DNA of 64,000 bases from contig CAWJOD010000021.1 of the NCBI GenBank assembly GCA_963844425.1, forward strand, positions 141,579 to 205,578, given 5' to 3'. Of this stretch, positions 57,701-64,000 are shown in pieces (position 1 is the first letter of the stretch; each line of letters begins with the position of its first letter). The DNA comes from an uncultured Thermoleophilia bacterium (GTDB lineage: Bacteria; Actinomycetota; Thermoleophilia; Solirubrobacterales; 70-9). The notes beneath the pieces are model-generated. The model ran no database searches and was not told the origin of the DNA. It saw only the letters and a program-made list of their open reading frames with translations. Position numbers and translations under genes: made by a program.

Positions 57701-58000
57701 CGGCGATCGACTCGTAGGTGCCGACCCAGAGCTCCTCGTAGGGGCCCGTCGAGCGCCGCCTCGATCCGCGCGCGCAGGTCGGCCGCCCCGGCGCGCGTGC
57801 GAGCGAGCACGAGGACCCGCTCGGGGCCGCGCTCGCCGGCCAGGGCGACCACCCTCGCGGCGAGCGCGGCGCTCTTGCCGCTGCCCGGCCCGGCCGCGGA
57901 CCAGGACGCGGCCCGCCGCGGTGCTCCGCCACCCGTCGCTGGGCGTCGGTCAGCGGCGGCTGCGGGGGCGAGGATCGGGCACCGCCTGAAACCGTAGCCT
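54764..58000 (-). CDS. UvrD/PcrA-type SF1 helicase fused to a C-terminal RecB/AddB-type PD-(D/E)XK nuclease with Cys cluster (AdnB/AddA-like); N-terminal third frameshifted, start approximate
   Basis: LTDAQRRVAEH..LVRAGPGSGKSAALAARV (Walker A, stitched)...WVGTYESIAERLL...LVVDELEE (DExx-like)...VVGSLQRDG...LAYVAVSRARE. Nuclease part: SASDIDLYRTCPLKYKF...GRVDRVDRHPDGDYELIDYKTG...QLALY...CSWCDYRLIC. Confidence 0.75.
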
Positions 58001-58047
58001 CCGGCGAGCCACGGGGCGAGCCGGGCGCGACTAGAGTCAGCGCCCGG

Positions 58048-58971
58048 ATGGCAGGCGAGAACCCGATCGACGCCGACGGCATGGCTCGAAGCCTGCCGGC
58101 GCATGGTCGAGGGCCAGCGCGCGATCTTCGCCGAGGTCGGCGGGATCGACGCGCGGACCGAGTACGAGGGCATCGGCGAGGGCGGCGACAACACGCTCGT
58201 GATCGACCGCCGCTGCGAGGACGTCGCCTTCGCCGAGCTCGAGCGGCTGCACGGCGAGGGCCACGAGTTCGTCGCCGTCTCCGAGGAGCGCGGCCAGGTC
58301 GAGTTCGGCGAGCTGACCCCGGCGCCCGCGTCGTGATCGACCCGATCGACGGCTCGCTGAACGCCCGCCGCACGATCCCCTCCCACAGCCTCAGCGTCGC
58401 CGTCGCCTCCGGCGGCCTCGATGGCCGACGTCGAGTTCGGCTTCGTCCACGACTTCGGCGCCGACGAGGAGTTCAGCGCCGTGCGGGGCGAGCGGCGCGC
58501 GCCTCGGCGGCGAGCCGCTCGAAGCCGAGCGCCCGTTCGAGGGGCTCGAGGTCGTCGGGGTCGAGTCGGCGAGCCCGGAGCGGATCGCGCCAGGTCGCGG
58601 CCGCGCTGGAGGGCAAGGCGTACCGCCTGCGCGTCGCTCGGCTCGATCGCGATCTCGCTCGCCTACATCGCCGCCGGCCGCTTCGACGCGATGCTCAGCG
58701 GCCGCCACTGCCGCTCGGTCGACGCCGCCGCCGGGCAGCTGATCGTCCGCGAGGCCGGCGGCGCAGGTCGCCTTCGGCGAGCTCGAGCTCGCCGACGCGG
58801 CGCTCGACCTCGACGCGCGCTACGCGATCGCGGGCGCCCGCGACGCGCGACGGGCTCGCGACCGTGCTCGACGTCCAGCGCGAGACCGGTTCGCTGCTGA
58901 GCGCGGACCGGCCGTCCTGTAACCGATTTCACGCGCTGGGGTACAAACAGGTGTTCGGCTTGCTACGCTGA
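58048..58971 (+). CDS. inositol monophosphatase family protein, heavily frameshifted; 3' end uncertain
   Basis: VAVSEERG...ARVVIDPIDGSLNARR...HSLSVAV...LGSIAISLAYIAAGRFDAML...RSVDAAAGQLIVREAGG. Confidence 0.7.
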   Translation: MAGENPIDADGMARSLPAHGRGPARDLRRGRRDRRADRVRGHRRGRRQHARDRPPLRGRRLRRARAAARRGPRVRRRLRGARPGRVRRADPGARVVIDPIDGSLNARRTIPSHSLSVAVASGGLDGRRRVRLRPRLRRRRGVQRRAGRAARASAASRSKPSARSRGSRSSGSSRRARSGSRQVAAALEGKAYRLRVARLDRDLARLHRRRPLRRDAQRPPLPLGRRRRRAADRPRGRRRRSPSASSSSPTRRSTSTRATRSRAPATRDGLATVLDVQRETGSLLSADRPSCNRFHALGYKQVFGLLR

Positions 58972-59029
58972 ACATCCTTAGAAATAAGGAAGTTAGAAAC
59001 CGACCTCAACCGAGGGAGACACGATACCG

Positions 59030-59615
59030 ATGGCAGCCACCAAGAACAGTGGCGGCACCACTCGCCGGCGCAGCACCACGCAGCACCAAGCGCCGGACCG
59101 ACCGCGCAGAAGCGGACCACCCAGAGCCAGACGACGTCGACGCAGCAGAACGTCGCCGAGGTCGCCTACGCGCGCGCCCGGCAGGCTGCCGAGACCGTCG
59201 TCGACGTGCCCGTCGGCACGGCGCTCGCGTTCGCCGACCGCGTCAACGAGACGGTGCAGCCCTACACCAGCGCGAGACCGCGGAGCGCGAGCTTCGCAAG
59301 GTCCGCACCCAGCTCCGTCGTGAGCTGAACAAGGTCGAGCGTCGTGGCGGCACCGCCCGTCGCAAGGCCACGCAGCAGGCGAAGCGGACCCGCAACCGCA
59401 CGGAGCGCGAGCTCAAGGCCCGTCGCCGCCGTGTGGAGCAGCAGATCCGCCGGACCCGGACCCAGGTCCGCCAGAACCGGCGCAAGCTGGAGACGACCGT
59501 GCGGCAGAACCGCCGCAAGGCCGAGACGACGCTGCGGCAGAACCGCCGCCAGGCGGAGACGCAGCTGAAGCGCGTCCGGACCGAGGTCGAGGAGCGGGTC
59601 TCCTCGCTGGTCTAG
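59030..59615 (+). CDS. highly basic coiled-coil protein with 11-residue repeats (HbhA/apolipoprotein-like architecture), frameshifted in the N-terminal half
   Basis: MAATKNSGGTT...; the stitched middle is QNVAEVAYARARQAAETVVDVPVGTALAFADRVNETVQPY. The C-terminal half is ELRKVRTQLRRELNKVERRG...VRQNRRKLETT VRQNRRKAETT LRQNRRQAETQ LKRVRTEVEER. It is preceded by an AT-richer region and a GAGGGAG Shine-Dalgarno-like site. Confidence 0.5.
59466..59564 (+). repeat. 3 x 33-bp in-frame tandem repeat inside the basic protein gene
   Basis: gtccgccagaaccggcgcaagctggagacgacc / gtgcggcagaaccgccgcaaggccgagacgacg / ctgcggcagaaccgccgccaggcggagacgcag. More degenerate 33-bp units lie on both sides. Confidence 0.85.
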
Positions 59616-59721
59616 TCGCTTAGCCCGGGTCGCCGCGCTGAGGTTGGCGGCGCGCCCGGAGAGATCTACCCGCCCGGTGGGCAGACGCCCCGCACGCGGG
59701 TAGAAAGCAACCTCTCCTCCC

Positions 59722-59752
59722 CGATCGACCGGCCCAAGTGGCCGGTCGATCG
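59722..59752 (+). terminator. strong hairpin, 13-bp perfect stem
   Basis: CGATCGACCGGCC-caagt-GGCCGGTCGATCG followed by CTTTCGGG. It lies about 105 nt after the basic-protein stop and 48 nt before the apbC start. Confidence 0.6.
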
Positions 59753-59799
59753 CTTTCGGGACACGTTCAGTCGAGGTTCCACCCCCTAGACTTGCCTCG

Positions 59800-60983
59800 A
59801 TGCCCACGAAGGAGCAGATCACCGAGGCGCTGCGGCCCGTCATCGACCCCGAGCTGCGGCGCTCGATCGTCGACCTCGGGATGGTCCGCTCGATCGAGAT
59901 CCGCGAGGGCGGCCGGGTCGAGGTCGTGGTCTCGCTCACGACCGCGGGCTGCCCGATCCGCGGCCATTTCCAGCAGGCGGTCGCGAAGCAGGTCTCCGAG
60001 CTCGACGGGCGTGAACGAGGTCGCGGTCGGGTTCGACGTGCTCTCCGACGGCGAGAAGCAGAACCTGCAGAAGGTGCTCGGCCGGCCCGCCGGCCTGCCC
60101 GAGGGCGCGCTCGCCGCCGTCGGCAACGTGATCTGCGTCGGCTCGGGCAAGGGCGGGGTCGGCAAGTCGACGATGACCGCCAACCTCGCCGCCGCGCTCG
60201 CCGCCGAGGGCCACTCGGCCGGCGCGCTCGACGCCGACGTCTACGGCTACTCGCTCCCGCGCATGCTCGGCGTCAACCAGCGCCCCGACGTGAACGAGCG
60301 CCGCAAGATCGTGCCGCCCGATCGGCGCCGGCGGCGTGCGGACGATGTCGATCGGCTTCTTCGTCGAGGAGAACGCCGCGGTCGTCTGGCGCGGGCCCGA
60401 TGCTCCACAAGGCGATCCAGCAGTTCCTCGAGGACGTCGACTGGGGCGAGCTCGACTACCTGCTGCTCGACCTGCCGCCCGGGCACCGGCGACGTCTCGA
60501 TGACGCTCTCCCAGCTGCTTCCCCAGGCGCAAGTTCCTGCTCGTCACGACCCCGCAGCCCGCCGCTCAGCAGGTCGCCAAGCGCGCCGCCGAGATGGCGG
60601 CCAAGTTCGACCTCGAGATCCTCGGCGCGATCGAGAACATGTCCGGCTTCACGACCCCCGACGGCCAGCGCTTCACGATCTTCGGCGAGGGCGGCGGCCA
60701 GCTCCTCGCCGACGAGCTCGACGTTCCCCTGCTCGGCAAGGTCCCGCTGCAGGAGGAGCTGCGCGCGCAGGCCGACGTCGGCGAGCCCGCTCGTCGCTCG
60801 CCCAGCCCGACGCGCCCGCCTCGCAGGCGATCCGCGCCGCGGCGCGCGGGATCGTCGCCGCGACGCCTCAGGAGCTGCCGGTGATGCAGCCGGCCGAGGC
60901 GATGGCAGACGCCGGTCGCCCCCGTCGGCACGCCGATCAGCGGCACCGAGCTGCCGGTCGTGCAGGCCGGCGGCGCCGCCTAG
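59800..60983 (+). CDS. apbC: Fe-S cluster carrier ATPase Mrp/ApbC with N-terminal DUF59 (MIP18-like) domain, frameshifted
   Basis: [28 protein letters not shown]...[10 protein letters not shown]...[25 protein letters not shown]...[15 protein letters not shown]...[14 protein letters not shown]...[11 protein letters not shown]...PLLGKVPL. Confidence 0.85.
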
Positions 60984-61339
60984 GCGGACGCCCCGCCGAG
61001 TAGCGCAGCGAGCCGGGCGTGGCGAGCACTCACCGGTCTCGAGCAGCGTCTTCAGGCCCGACAGGATCATCGGCCAGCCGCCGTAGAGCTGTCGTTGGCG
61101 TTCCGCCAGGTCCGCGTGGGTCACCGTCAGCCGGCACGAGTCCTCGACCTGCTCGATCTCCCACGTCACCGTCGACGTGGCCCTCCGACTTCACGTCGTG
61201 CGCTCCACAGGGCGGTGAAGCTCTGCACGAGCCGGCGCGTGCGGGTCGAGCTTCTCAGGTTCTCCTTGTCGGTGATCGCCTCAGAGCGCTGCGGGCCGGC
61301 TTGATGTGGATGCCGAGCGGCGCGTCCGTCGAGTCCTGC
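60980..61339 (-). pseudogene. decayed, internally shortened duplicate of the AHSA1/SRPBCC gene
   Basis: 61043-61175 aligns by eye with 61561-61696 ([43 protein letters not shown] versus [43 protein letters not shown]). It lacks the roughly 36-aa segment between EAITD and ENLE, has no own start codon, and carries several frame breaks. Confidence 0.6.
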
Positions 61340-61534
61340 CTCGAGGTCGCGCCCGACGCCGACGCAGGACACGCCGAGTGGCGCCGACGTATCTGCTCAG
61401 CCAGCGGTCGCGGCGACGAGCCGATCGGGAAGGGGTGCAGGCAGCTGGAGCCGTCTGCGCGGCCGTCGCCGCACGTCGTCGCGACGAGACCGCGCCGCCT
61501 CCAGCACTCCGCAGGTGCTTCTTCACGCCGAGCC
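61340..61534 (-). pseudogene. 5'-truncated duplicate of arsR (C-terminal two-thirds only)
   Basis: 61478-61534 (gtcgcgacgagaccgcgccgcctccagcactccgcaggtgcttcttcacgccgagcc) aligns with 62096-62150 of the intact arsR. The translated remnant is GVKKHLRVLEAA.LV...DRWLSRYV versus FGVMKHLKVLEEAGLV...DRWVSKYA. The junction supplies the stop codon of the intact AHSA1 gene. Confidence 0.6.
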
Positions 61535-61960
61535 GTCGGTCAGCGGCGAGCCGATCTCGAGCAGCGTCTTCAGACCCGAGAGGATCATCATCCAGCCGCC
61601 GTAGAGCTCGTCGTTGGCGTTCTCCGCGAGGTCCGAGTGGGTGACGGTGAGCTGGCACGAGTCACCGACTTGCTCGATCTCCCACGTCACGGTCGAGACG
61701 CCCTCGCTCTTGACCTCGTCGCTCCAGAGAGCGGTCATGCTCTGGACGAGCCGCCGTGGCGGGTCGACCTCGAGGTTCTCGCCCTCTGCGATCGCGATCC
61801 CGGCGCCCGGGTGAACCGACTCGTAGCCCGAGCCCTCGGTCCAGTCCGAGCTGACGCCGACGCCGAAGTTGTACTTCCGCCGGCTCTCCTCGTCCGTGAT
61901 CGCCTCCCAGAGCCGCTCCGGGGTCGTCTTGATGTAGATCTCGAACACCTTTTCCATCAT
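61523..61960 (-). CDS. SRPBCC-superfamily protein (AHSA1 / activator of Hsp90 ATPase homolog-like)
   Basis: Intact 145 aa: MMEKVFEIYIKTTPERLWEAITDEESRRKYNFG...LVQSMTALWSDEVKSEGVSTVTWEIEQVGDSCQLTVTH...[15 protein letters not shown]. The ATG overlaps the arsR stop (ATGA). Confidence 0.7.
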   Translation of the reverse strand: MMEKVFEIYIKTTPERLWEAITDEESRRKYNFGVGVSSDWTEGSGYESVHPGAGIAIAEGENLEVDPPRRLVQSMTALWSDEVKSEGVSTVTWEIEQVGDSCQLTVTHSDLAENANDELYGGWMMILSGLKTLLEIGSPLTDGSA

Positions 61961-62265
61961 TCCTCCTCGAGGTCGCGCTTCAGCCCCGAGAGGGATGACA
62001 CCCAGGGCTCCGCGTATTTGCTCACCCAGCGGTCGTGGACGAGCCTGATCGGGACCGGGTTCAGGAAGTGGAGCTTCTCGCGGCCACGTCGCTTCGTCGT
62101 GACGAGACCGGCCTCCTCCAGCACCTTGAGGTGCTTCATCACGCCGAACCTGGTCATCGGCAGCCGTTCCTCGAGCGCACTCAGCGATTGGCCGTCGCGC
62201 TCGAAGAGCTCGTCGAGCAGGCTGCGTCGGGTCGGGTCGGCAAGGGCCCTGAACACCGTGTCCAT
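61957..62265 (-). CDS. arsR: ArsR/SmtB-family winged-helix transcriptional regulator
   Basis: Intact 102 aa: FRALADPTRRSLLDELFERDGQSLSALEERLPMTRFGVMKHLKVLEEAGLVTTKRRGREKLHFLN. Confidence 0.8.
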   Translation of the reverse strand: MDTVFRALADPTRRSLLDELFERDGQSLSALEERLPMTRFGVMKHLKVLEEAGLVTTKRRGREKLHFLNPVPIRLVHDRWVSKYAEPWVSSLSGLKRDLEEE

Positions 62266-62277
62266 GCCAAGGAGTAT

Positions 62278-62297
62278 ATGTGACTAATTAGTCACAT
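62278..62297. promoter_or_regulatory. perfect 20-bp palindrome, candidate ArsR autoregulatory operator
   Basis: ATGTGACTAATTAGTCACAT, 13 nt upstream of the arsR ATG (62265). It is the most AT-rich spot in the neighbourhood. Confidence 0.55.
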
Positions 62298-62368
62298 GTC
62301 AAGTCAGGCACGCAAAAGCCACCCCGTCCGAACGAGAGAACGGAGGCCCTACCCCTGCGAGCTAGGAG

Positions 62369-62632
62369 CTACTTGCTCGTGAAGTACTCGGCGTTGATCG
62401 CCGTGAACTTGGCCCACTCCTCGGGAAGCTGGTCCTCCGCGAAGCAGGCGTCGACGGGGCACGCCTCGACGCAGGCGTCGCAGTCGATGCACTCGTCGGG
62501 GTCGATGTAGAGCTGGGTGACGTTCTCGTAGTCCGGCTCGTCGGGCGTCGGGTGGATGCAATCGACCGGGCAGACCTCGACGCACGAGTTGTCCTTCGTG
62601 TCGATGCAGGGTTCCGCGATGACGTAGGTCAA
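62369..62632 (-). CDS. fdxA: 7Fe-type ferredoxin ([3Fe-4S][4Fe-4S])
   Basis: Intact 87 aa: MTYVIAEPCIDTKDNSCVEVCPVDCIH...YIDPDECIDCDACVEACPVDA. Confidence 0.85.
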   Translation of the reverse strand: MTYVIAEPCIDTKDNSCVEVCPVDCIHPTPDEPDYENVTQLYIDPDECIDCDACVEACPVDACFAEDQLPEEWAKFTAINAEYFTSK

Positions 62633-62790
62633 GTATGGCTCCCTTCGGTCGGTCGGTCGGTCGGTGGTGGTTGGCCCTGGATGCGAGCGGCCGGGACCAA
62701 CCCTGCCGTGCGCGCCCGCATTCTATGGCAGCGGGCACGCCGGGCGTCGGAACCGGCCGGCGGCGGCGGTCGCGTAGGGTGTCGCCAGCG

Positions 62791-63679
62791 ATGATCCTGG
62801 TCACGGGGGCAACCGGCGTCGTCGGTACGGCGCTCATCCCCGAGCTGCTCCAGCGCGGGCACACCGTTCGCGCGCTCGTGCGCGATCCTCGCCGGCTCGG
62901 CGCCCAGCGGGTCAACGTACAGATCGCGCTCGCCGACCTCGGCGACCCGCACGGCCTCCGGCACGCGATGCGCGGGGTCAAGACCGTCGTCCACCTCGGC
63001 GCGACGATCCGCGACCAGCCGCCGCGCCGGCTCGAGGAGGTGAACGGCCTCGGCACCGCCCGCCTGCTGCGCGCCGCCGAGCGCGCCGGGGTCGGAGCGC
63101 TTCGTCTTCTTCTCCGCGATCGGCGCCACGAGCTTCCAGCGGACCCGCTTCTTCCGATCGAAGGCCCTGGCCGAGCACGCGGTCGTCGAATCCGACCTGC
63201 GCTCGACGATCATCGCCCCCTCGATCGTCTACGACCCCCACGACCACTGGACCTCGTGGCAACGCCGGCTCGCGCTGCTGCCGGTGCTGCCGATCTCCGG
63301 CGACGGGCGATCCGCCTACCAGCCGATCTGGGCGCGCGACGTCGCGCGCGCGACCGCGGTCGCGCTCGAGCGCGACGACGGCTCCGAGCGCTTCGAGCTC
63401 GCCGGGCCGGAGACGCTCACCTACGAGCAGATGGCGAGGATCGTCGCCCTCAGCGCCGGTCGCAGGCGCCGGGTCGTGCACGTCCCGCTGCCGCTCGTCA
63501 GGACGGCCCTGATCTGGCTGCGGCGGATCTGGGGCGAGACCGCGTTCGCCACCTGGGAGGAGGCGGAGCTGATGGAGGTGCCGATGACCACCGAGCGCGG
63601 CGCCGCGGACACCGAGCTGCTCGGCGTCGAGCCGGGGCCGATGCGCGCTGTCCTGGCTTCCAGCGCTATCGGGAGCTAG
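62791..63679 (+). CDS. NAD(P)H-binding atypical SDR (NmrA/NDUFA9-like), frameshifted
   Basis: MILVTGATGVVGTALIPELLQRGHTVRALVRDP...VVHLGATIRD...RFVFFSAIGA...IIAPSIVYDP...RFELAGPETLTYEQMA. Confidence 0.7.
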
Positions 63680-63716
63680 TCATCCAGCAGGCACGCTCGC
63701 AGCTATGAACAAAAGA

Positions 63717-63743
63717 AAAGGGCCGCCCGAAGGCGGCCCCTTT
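63717..63743. terminator. bidirectional intrinsic terminator between the SDR gene and groEL
   Basis: AAAAGAAAAG-GGCCGCC-cgaa-GGCGGCC-CCTTTC. A second small hairpin, CCAGCC-ggaa-GGCTGG, lies at 63751-63766 next to the groEL stop. Confidence 0.7.
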
Positions 63744-63766
63744 CAAACCTCCAGCCGGAAGGCTGG

Positions 63767-64000
63767 TTACATCATCCCGCCCATGTCGGGCATGCCGGCC
63801 GGGGCGCCTGCGCCCTCCTTCTCGGGCGGCTCGGCGACGATCGCCTCGGTGGTGAGGATGTTCTTCGCGATCGAGGCCGCATTCTGCAGCGCCGAGCGAG
63901 TCACCATCGTCGGGTCGATGACGCCGGCCTTGATCAGGTCGCCGTACTCGCCGGTCGCCGCGTCGAGACCCTCGCCGGCCTTGAGGCCGCGGATCTTCTC
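63767..64000 (-). CDS. groEL: chaperonin GroEL, C-terminal end only (gene continues beyond window)
   Basis: The reverse translation ends ...[55 protein letters not shown], followed by TAA at 63767-63769. Confidence 0.9.
   Translation of the reverse strand, partial: EKIRGLKAGEGLDAATGEYGDLIKAGVIDPTMVTRSALQNAASIAKNILTTEAIVAEPPEKEGAGAPAGMPDMGGMM

Noticed and set aside
54068-58373. Very long ORFs: 54068..57520 (+, 1150 aa) and 54705..58373 (-, 1222 aa). Similar ones are 1580..3895 (-, 771 aa), 13248..15155 (-, 635 aa), 9829..11496 (-) and 41754..43430 (+).
   Set aside because: Their translations are dominated by Arg/Pro/Ala/Gly runs typical of out-of-frame or antisense reading of very GC-rich coding DNA. 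Where they contain sensible sequence it is only a segment of a real gene that then leaves the frame. They were used only as carriers of real segments.
58921-59029. Explicit sigma-70-type promoter call (TTGCTA at 58960-58965 with TAGAAA/AATAAG downstream) for the basic-protein gene.
   Set aside because: The spacing between the candidate -35 and -10 hexamers is not canonical (13 or 17 nt, depending on which weak hexamer is chosen), and the promoter consensus of this lineage is unknown to me. I kept it only as an AT-rich upstream region inside a finding.
59466-59564. The 33-bp tandem repeats as a possible CRISPR array or VNTR-type non-coding repeat.
   Set aside because: The units are directly adjacent with no spacers, are in-frame (11 codons each), and encode a coherent repeat protein. 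No cas genes are present.

Overview
Very GC-rich bacterial chromosomal window. Gene content points to Actinomycetota (PAC2, Ppm1, HbhA-like protein, SpoIID, AdnB-like helicase-nuclease), possibly a Thermoleophilia/Rubrobacteria-like lineage; this is a weak inference. The content is mostly housekeeping.

Main genes:
- A long minus-strand operon, ccmABCD-hemA-hemC-cobA/hemD-DUF62-birA.
- rarA, an FtsH paralog, ychF, gabD, msrA, fumC, ileS, trxA, polX, otsB, arfB, apbC/mrp, fdxA and the 3' end of groEL.
- Accessory genes: a class III cyclase-P450-TetR operon, a DUF2182/DUF1326 pair, a secreted GH3, an acyl-CoA ligase next to a BtrH-like gene, a DUF4396/methyltransferase pair, an ArsR-AHSA1 module with a decayed duplicate, and a basic 11-mer-repeat protein.

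I saw no rRNA, tRNA, CRISPR array, transposase, integrase or recognisable defence system.

The dominant feature is technical. Nearly every long gene, including essential ones, changes reading frame repeatedly, so the six-frame ORF track both fragments and fuses genes. I read this as indel error in the assembly rather than gene decay. All CDS boundaries below are therefore approximate, and products were reconstructed by stitching frames by eye.

Non-coding signals worth checking:
- Operator-like palindromes upstream of arsR, of the DUF4396 gene (CsoR-like) and in the cyclase/mce divergent region.
- A shared GGGGTCTGACCCC palindrome at two gene ends.
- Several strong terminator hairpins.
- An unexplained 340-bp convergent intergenic gap.

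I found no convincing novel multi-gene system; the candidates are modest.
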